This document shows positions 41,104-48,260 of a stretch of DNA of 48,260 nt, one piece after another. The notes beneath the pieces were generated by a model, which saw nothing but the letters and a program-made list of their open reading frames with translations, made no database searches and had not been told where the DNA came from. The translations under genes were made by a program, and so were the position numbers. Position 1 is the first letter of the stretch. Every line of letters starts with the position of its first letter. Source of the DNA: an uncultured Verrucomicrobiae bacterium (GTDB lineage: Bacteria > Verrucomicrobiota > Verrucomicrobiia > Limisphaerales > JAFGQR01); contig CAWBHS010000056.1 in NCBI GenBank assembly GCA_963788655.1, forward strand, positions 1-48,260. The letters run 5' to 3'.

Positions 41104-41827
41104 AACGATTGTTTCCCAGCGGCGTGAGCAGGGAGTGTGAGCCGATCCAATTGCCCATGCGCCCGTCGCAGGTCACCATGATCCTCGACGGGCTAATCCA
41201 AAAACACCAGTTAACGGCGTGCAACAAGAAACCGGCGTTTTGATAAACATGTGAACCACACAATGAACAGACTGCGCTTCCATCAAGCCTTTGACACTTT
41301 ATTCCGCACTGGCGGCACCAAGGGATCGGCCCGGCGGGATGCGAACGAGTTGAAAACCAAAATGGAACAACAAAACATGAAGACCGGAATCCGTGGTTCA
41401 GTTCCCCAATGGGTCGCTGTTGGGATAAGTCTCGTTTCCTGGATTCACCAGTTCGTTACGCGGCTACATCTTCCGGGATTCAAACGCAAAAGAGTCAGTT
41501 CCGATATTTAGGAATTACGGCAATTCGTCAGATTGCGGCTCAGGCGTCATGCCAGTGACTCCCCGGCTACACTACTGAAGACAGCCAAGTGCTACGGAAA
41601 ACCAGGAAGCCCTGTCGCCGGACAGGTTTTCTGTAATCCAGGGACGAAACTTCTTCTTTTAAGGAATAGACATGATGACCTGGGCTCAAACTCGAATACA
41701 GCGAAAGCCAGACGCGGTCCAAAGTCCGGGTGCTGCGTTATCCACCACTAGCTCTGACTCTTTATTGTGAAATCCAAACGTACCTCTTGCTCCCCCGTTC
41801 CTGCCGTCTTTTCTGCCTGTTTTCTAT

Positions 41828-44800
41828 TTGGTTCTCGGCATTCTTTTAAGTTCATCACCCGCCCGCGCTGAAACCCTTGTTTCCGATTCCGACACCGTGG
41901 ACTTCGATGACCTCGCGGTGGGGGCGACGGTTCGATGGCAATTGACGCGTTTCGGAGTAACCCTGCGGGGCCTCGACGGCTCGCCGGTCCGAGTCGTGGA
42001 CTCAAGCGCAACACCCGGACTGCGTCCGCAATCCGGTACGCAAGCGGCCGAATTAACCGTCAACGGCGTTCCCTTGGCGATCCGAATCAATCCACCCCGG
42101 CACCAAGTGGGGCTATGGCTCGCGCGTTCCGGGTTGACCGGCAAGGCGACCCTGCGGGCATATACCGCTTCGGAAGAGGTGGTCGGGGAGGTGAGTGTGG
42201 ACTTGGATCCAAGCTCGACCGCCAATGCCTATCTGGGATTGGCGGCGAAAGACGCGGTCATATCCCGGGTGTTGGTGGAACTGGCCAATGGTGGGGCGTT
42301 GGACATTGACGATCTACAGTTGGTTGATGGGATCGACCAAGTGCCAAGTGTGACCGAAGCGGTCGGCGCCGCCCGGTCGATCCTGACCCAACCCGGGTCC
42401 AGTCCGGAAGCCATTCAATCGGCTCTGGACTCTCTGATTGAAGTGGCCTCGCCGGGCGCCAGCCGGGTGCTTCAGGAGACCGCACTGAATGCGGAAGATC
42501 TCCGGTTGCGCGAACAGGCCGTATCGGCATTGATCCAGGTCCGCAATCCGGATTCGATCCCGGCCTTGTCGGAAGTGGGATTGAGCGTGGATGCGGGACC
42601 GCTCAGGCAGGCCGCGGAAAACGCTGTCTGGGCGCTTCGCCGAAATTTTCCCGCGCCCAATCCTCCCCTCATTGAAATGCAGGCCGTGACGGAAATTCGC
42701 GAAGGCATCCCGTTCGTCGTGGAGGTGCGAATGACTTCGCCGGTGGACCGGGCCCATGTTCAAACACGGTTTCGCAGCACCGAGAACATGTTTCTGACGA
42801 CGATCGACGGTGCGCCGGAGGTGTATGAGGGGCCGCTTCCGGTGGGCAAAACCATCACGTTGCGTGCGACCTATATGTGCGAGCAGGCCGGGCAGGCAGC
42901 ACTGCCGTTCACGGTGCGGGTGAACGACTCCGCTATCGACGCGCACAGCCATACCGCCAAGTTGTATGTGGATGTGCAAAAAGACGGCGGCACCGCCGGC
43001 ATGACACCCTTCCCCGGTTGGGATGAAGTCACGCGGCACATTGTCACGCCCGAAGGAACGGAGTATGTCCCTCCTCTATTTTTCACTGCCAGGGCCCGCT
43101 CGGGAGAGCGAACGACGCGGATGCGGGGATCCGTTTCCTTCAACGACGGCGATCCGGGAAACAACCTGGCGTTTGCTCAAACAAGCACCAAACCCGCCCG
43201 CTTCGTGCGAGTGGTGATCGCCGATGCCGCCGACACGGACGAGGAATACGGCGAAGGCTGGACCGATTCGACCGGGGCCTACAATGTGCGCGTGGAGGAT
43301 GTGCCGGATAATCGCAATCTGGTGATCCTCCTGGAGGTGTACAATTCCGCGACGCATCTTTACCTCGACACGGACGTGGGAGACGAGGAGTTCTTTCACG
43401 CGCTGGCGCAGGTGAATGCCGGCGTGGGCGGTCCGATCATGGCGGGCCATCAAATTGTGGGGCCGCAGTTGACACCACCGTGACGGTCGATGAAAACGGA
43501 TTCTTGCCCGGAGGCCACGTGACAACCCGGGTAGCCTTTGGGGCGGCATTGAACATCAACGAGGTCATCCTGGTCGCGCGAGCGGATGCGGACTCGAACG
43601 CCAACCGCGACCCGCGGGAAGGGGACACGATCGGTCAGGTGGACGTGGAATACGGAGACGCATCCTGGAACCATTACACCTTCGACATCGTGCTCACCGG
43701 CGGCCGGATCGACGGGGCGGCACCTCCCGTCAATACGTCCGGCATCGATTACGGCTGGGTGGATTCGACCGTGGCGCACGAGTTCGGGCATCACCTGCAA
43801 TACGAGATCGGTTCGTGGGACGGCCATTCCGGTTCGCATTCCTTCTGCGACGAAGTGGATACCACTTGGTGGAACGATCCGGAATTTGCCTGGTCGGAGG
43901 GTTGGGCGGATTATTTTGGGACATACATTGCCCGGACCAAGCCGAACATGAGCACCTTCAATGCGCGGGACGCCGAGAATCCCTGCGGCATGATCAATTG
44001 GGCGTCCTCGACCCGCGAGGATGAAAGCTTCTATGCGGTCGAGGGCAACGTTGCCAACTTCTTGTGGGACTTGATGGACGGGCCCGGCCAGGGAAACGAT
44101 GCCTGGGATCAGGTGGACGGTCCCGCCATCGGCGGCCATCGAACCATCATGCAAATCTGCGATCATGAGTTGGACGACGGCTGGAGCGACAACGTGTTCG
44201 ACGACGCGCCCGATCTGCCCGAATTCTATGAGATGTGGTGGCAACGGTTTGGACCCGCCCACAATTATGCCGCCGGCCAGCCGGTGATGGATCCCATTCT
44301 GGACCGGCTTGGGATCGTGCCCGGCGGGGATTACCAGGGAGCGGTTCGGAAGCAAGCCCCGTTCCCCGTTGTCGAGGGCAATCCCAGCATGCCCAATTCG
44401 CCCCAGGCCACGTTGAACATGGGGGGAACAGTGGTGCCGCAATACGATCCTCCGGTATTCTCTCCCTTCGTGCCCGGGAACGGAGTGGTGCTGACCATCG
44501 TCCGGCACTGGTCCTATATCGATGTCCCGATTCCAGGCCCCAACAACACGTTGGATAACTTGTACGTGAAATTCGGCGCCAGCAACCTCGGTGATGTGAC
44601 CATGGAAGTCGATGGCGGCGGTACCACCGAGGAAGCCTCCTCAGCCACCTACACCGTCCAAGTCACCTATTCCGGCGGAGCCTCCGACTGGCTCGCGGTC
44701 GCCCCTATCTCCGGCTCCTTCCTGGGATCGCAGGCGCCCGAATTGCACGACCTTAATCTGCGATTCAAACCCGAGGTATTCGAGCTCTCCCAGGGCACCT

Positions 44801-46618
44801 ACATGGCGGATGTGAGGTTGACCCTCAACGCCGGTATTTGGACACACCCGCGGACCATCCGCGTCGTTTTCGAACAATTGAGCGGGCCCGATGACGACTG
44901 GGACGGCGACGGCTTGTCCAACCGGGAAGAACGCAGTCTGGCCACCACCGACCCGGCCCAATACGGCTGTCTGGACCCGCACGTGCCTGATGCGGATGGC
45001 GACCACCTCCCGGATGGGGATGAGGTGAACGTGCATGGAACGCTGCCGTGCAACCCGGACACGGACGGGGACGGAATGAAAGACGGCCTGGAAGTGCGTT
45101 ATGCCTGTCTGGACCCGCTGGTGCCGGATTTCAACGCCGACCCGGACGGAGACGGCTACTCGACGGGGGATGAGCTGTTTGGCGCCATCCCTACGGATCC
45201 CTGCGATGGGGATTACGATGATGACGGCGTGGTGGACGGGATGGACAATTGCCGGTTCCGCGCCAACCACGATCAATCGGACATCGATCACGACGGCATT
45301 GGCGATGTGTGCGACTGGAACGCAGACGGTGACGCCTGTGCCAACATTTACGACCCAGACCCCTACGATGTGGATTATCCCGACACCAACTGCCTTGCGC
45401 GCCCCTTCAGTCCGCTGCTGACGAAGGATGGCCGGATTGTGGAGAGACTGGATCCGCGGCTGGGCGATCCGCGCCTGCACGTGCTGGTGGATGGAGGAAT
45501 TCCAACGGTGCCCAACCCCTGCGGCAAGGTGGATTGTCCCCCTCCCATCGTTCAACTGTTGGACGAAGATTTCAATGTCGTTCGGCAGTTTACGGCCACC
45601 GACTACGGCTTCAACCGGAAAAGTGGATTTGGAATAACGGCGACCTTAATTCCGGATTTGAATCATGACGATTGGCCCGATCTGGCCATTGGGGTGACTC
45701 AGGCGGCCGCTGGGCCGGAACTGCCGGAAACCGGCGCGGTGCTGCTGGTCTCCGGTGGGGATGGCGCCGAACTGGCCCGCATCAACGGCCAGGTGGCACA
45801 TGGCGCGCTGGGTTCAGCGATGGTAATGCTGGACAAATCAACCCTGGCACTGGGCGCTCCGGGTAACGCGGACGTGGGGGGTGCAGTTCACCTGATCGAT
45901 CTCAATTCGTTCAATGTTCGTCAATCCGTTTCGCCCAATCTGCCTGGGGATTCTTTTGGCTCGACGCTGCTGCCGTTCGCCCGGAACGGCCAGGACCACC
46001 TCCTGATGGGAGCGCCGGATGGCAAAGGCAAGGGAATCATTTTTTGGATGCAACCGGACCCCGCCTCGAAGGTCTATGGGATTCAAGAAATCGGCCAAGG
46101 AGATGCGACGGGTGACCGATTTGGAGCCAGCCTCGCCATGGCGGGTGATTTGAACGAGGACGGTCAACTCGAATTCCTCATCGGCGCTCCTGGAGCCAGC
46201 CCGGATGAAACCCTGCTGCATGCGGGCCGCGCGAGCGTGCTCAGTCTCGATGGCCGGACCCTGCAGACCTTTTGGGGCCATGCCGCCGGAGAAAATTTCG
46301 GAGCTTCCGTGGACTCGCTGTTGCCGGAAATGGAAAGCCGGCCAGCCATGGCCTGGCTCATCGGCGCTCCGGGATGGAATCACGCCAGAGGCCGCGCCTA
46401 TCTCATCGACCGGTCCGGGCAATCGATCATGACCATCGACGGTGACACGGACGGAGTCCGGTTGGGCGCCCAGGTGGGTGTGGGCCCGGATCTGGATCAA
46501 GACGGATTCCCCACGTTCATCCTGCATGAAGCAGGCCGCACCGTCGAAGGACACCTTTCCGGTCGCACTTCGGTGCATCAAACCTTTGTTCAACCAGTGA
46601 TGACACCCATTCTATTCA
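41828..46618 (+). pseudogene. Large secreted multidomain protein (HEAT-like, HExxH metalloprotease, TSP3-type Ca repeats, FG-GAP repeats); frameshift at about 43480 and interrupted by ISL3
   Basis: AHEFGHHL...AWSEGWADYF, DxDGDG repeats with DNC/GDVCD, GDRFGASLAMAGDLNEDG..EFLIGAPG. The frame runs into the IS end at 46619. Confidence 0.7.
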
Positions 46619-48260
46619 GGCCTCGTCAGCAGAATCTGTGGGTAGTTTCCGGCTCTGGGAGCCGGCCTAACGTGTGATACAAGGCTATTTCCATCGCGTC
46701 GTAGGTGCGAAATCCGTAGGATCTTCTGGTCACCACTCGGATTTTATTGTTCAGACCCTCGACCGGGCCGGACGAGAGTTCCCCTTTGGCGCGGAACCAG
46801 TTCAAGAGCAGCTCTTGGTGGTTGCGCAGCATCCTGGCCACTTTGGCCATCGGTTCAAGGCGGCTGCGCAGAGCTCGTTCAGTCCAAACGTCCAGAAAAG
46901 CCCTGGCCCAAGTGACAGAGCGATAGCGCCAGAACGGCTCGAAGGTTTCCTTGAGCATCCAGGCTCGCCCAGTGGCCAGTTTACTGCGCAGCAGTCCCCA
47001 AAGCTTTTGCTTGGCCCGGCCGCGGACCCGATTTCCCCGGCGCAGCAACTTCCACCGCATGTGCTTGAGCTTTTTGGCCGCGGGGACGTCTCCGCAGCCG
47101 ACCACTCTCGGCTCGGCGCACTTGGTCGACGGCTTGATTCAAATGCATCGTGATGTGGAAACGGTCCAACACGTGCAAGGCGTGAGGGATATTGGCCCCA
47201 ATCACATTCAGGTAGGCCCGCCACATGTCACTGCAGACAAAGCGCACGCCGCTGAGCACCGTCGGCCCCAACGCCTCAAAGCCCCGGCGCAGCGTGGCCT
47301 GCGTGCGTCGGCGCCCCACCCACAACAGCCGCCGACAGTGCTGGTCGATCTGGTAGATGACGGTCAGGAATTGCTCCGCCCGCTTGCCTTGGCCCCAATG
47401 GATCTCGTCGACGCCAAGGGATTGGACCCCTTCAATCTGACGGTGGGCCAACCCCCACTCCACGAACCACTCGACCGAACGATAGACCGCTTCCCAACTG
47501 GTCTGAAACGCCAGGGCGGTCTGTCGCCAGGACAAGTGCCGCGCCCATCGCGCCAAGAATCCCATCATCGCCGTGGTGATCGGTCTCTTGCCCCGGCTCC
47601 ACGGCATGTGCTCGACGATGACCCCATGCGTGGGACACTCCACCCGCCGCGGCGCATAGAGGAATTCGGTTTTAATGCCCCACAGCGGCACAAAGAGCCA
47701 GGTTCGTTCCGGCAGTCGGTCGTAACCTGGCGCCGGCTCTCGGCACTTCGAGCACCGGCCGCACCGCCCTTGATGCGCCTCCAGGGTAATCTCAACGCGC
47801 AGCTTGTCGCGCTCGCACAGGAGCCGGACCTCCTTGTAAACGAACCCCGCAAAACGTTGTATCCGGTTCAGGATGGTTTTAACTTCGAGTTGAATAGCTG
47901 GTCTCCGGGTCGATGGTTTGTTTTGTTTGCAAGCTGCAAACTAATCGGCGCACAAGGGGATCAGCTATTCTTTTTTGCCACGCACGTCCGCCCCGTAGTC
48001 TCAGCGGCTGGTCTCGACCACCAGCGCCAGGTTGAGGGGAGGGTCGCCGACTGGGATAGGCGCCGATCGGAGCCGGTCTTGCGCATCCCAAGCGCGGCTC
48101 AGATCGTGCGCAAAGGGACCCAGTCGGCGGGCCTCCCCTCAACCGGTCGAGCCTCCCACACGCTTCGTTTGTCCCGCCAGCAGATCGCTCACTCCGGCCA
48201 CGCACCTTTTTCCTTTTTCACAGCCGCTGTTTCAAATCCACCCACAAATTTTGCTACAGA
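46619..48260 (-). mobile_element. ISL3-family insertion sequence (its second end reaches the window edge)
   Basis: The end GGCCTCGTCAGCAGAATCTGTGGGT at 46619 is an imperfect inverted match to ACCCACAAATTTTGCTACAGA at 48240-48260. Confidence 0.85.
46626..47895 (-). CDS. ISL3 transposase (frameshift at about 47085; apparent ATT start)
   Basis: CxxC zinc finger (CSKC...C.THG), LGVDE, VCSDMWRAY, LDRFH and SSGPVEGLNNKIRV..RRSYGFR motifs. Confidence 0.9.

Noticed and set aside
41251..41751. Two short ORFs upstream of the large protease gene
   Set aside because: No recognisable motifs or convincing RBS, so they cannot be supported as genes.
2131..47105. Widespread pseudogenisation or programmed frameshifting (hicA, barrel, kinase, adhesin, isomerase, esterase, protease, transposase)
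   Set aside because: The shifts are single-base, mostly at short homopolymers, with intact motifs on both sides and no slippery heptamers. Sequencing error is more parsimonious, pending read inspection.

Overview
A GC-rich bacterial window whose gene content (PEP-CTERM/PATR protein, DUF1080, GTAG-type REPs, heptamer repeats) suggests Verrucomicrobiota (inference). Roughly ten genes carry single-base frameshifts, mostly at short homopolymers, which suggests long-read consensus errors. (1) 1-2800 is an integron-like cassette array: a probable attI, paired R'/R'' boxes, three attC-like sites, three small cassette ORFs and a self-promoted hicB-hicA cassette, interrupted by an IS91-like remnant and an ORF-deleted group II intron fragment. 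(2) 2950-6400 holds a FecR-domain protein, an aldo/keto reductase and an MFS transporter. (3) 6427-27328 is the most interesting region, a divergent DUF11 surface-fibre locus: a ~1600-aa DUF11/beta-barrel outer-membrane protein, a coupled duplicated-domain protein, two sensor kinases, a small DUF11-like protein, an 892-aa subunit and a ~1830-aa adhesin. Two subunits end in a DUF11 domain that lacks its last two strands, and those strands appear at the N-termini of the 892-aa subunit and the barrel protein. This suggests a donor-hairpin, possibly isopeptide-crosslinked, filament with tip, shaft, anchor and chaperone, under sigma54-like promoters. (4) 27469-40953 holds a PQQ/haem c dehydrogenase with an in-frame MITE-like insertion, a PEP-CTERM protein, sugar-catabolism genes and REP/BIME repeats. 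(5) 41828-48260 is a large secreted metalloprotease/TSP3/FG-GAP protein interrupted by an ISL3 element that runs to the window edge.
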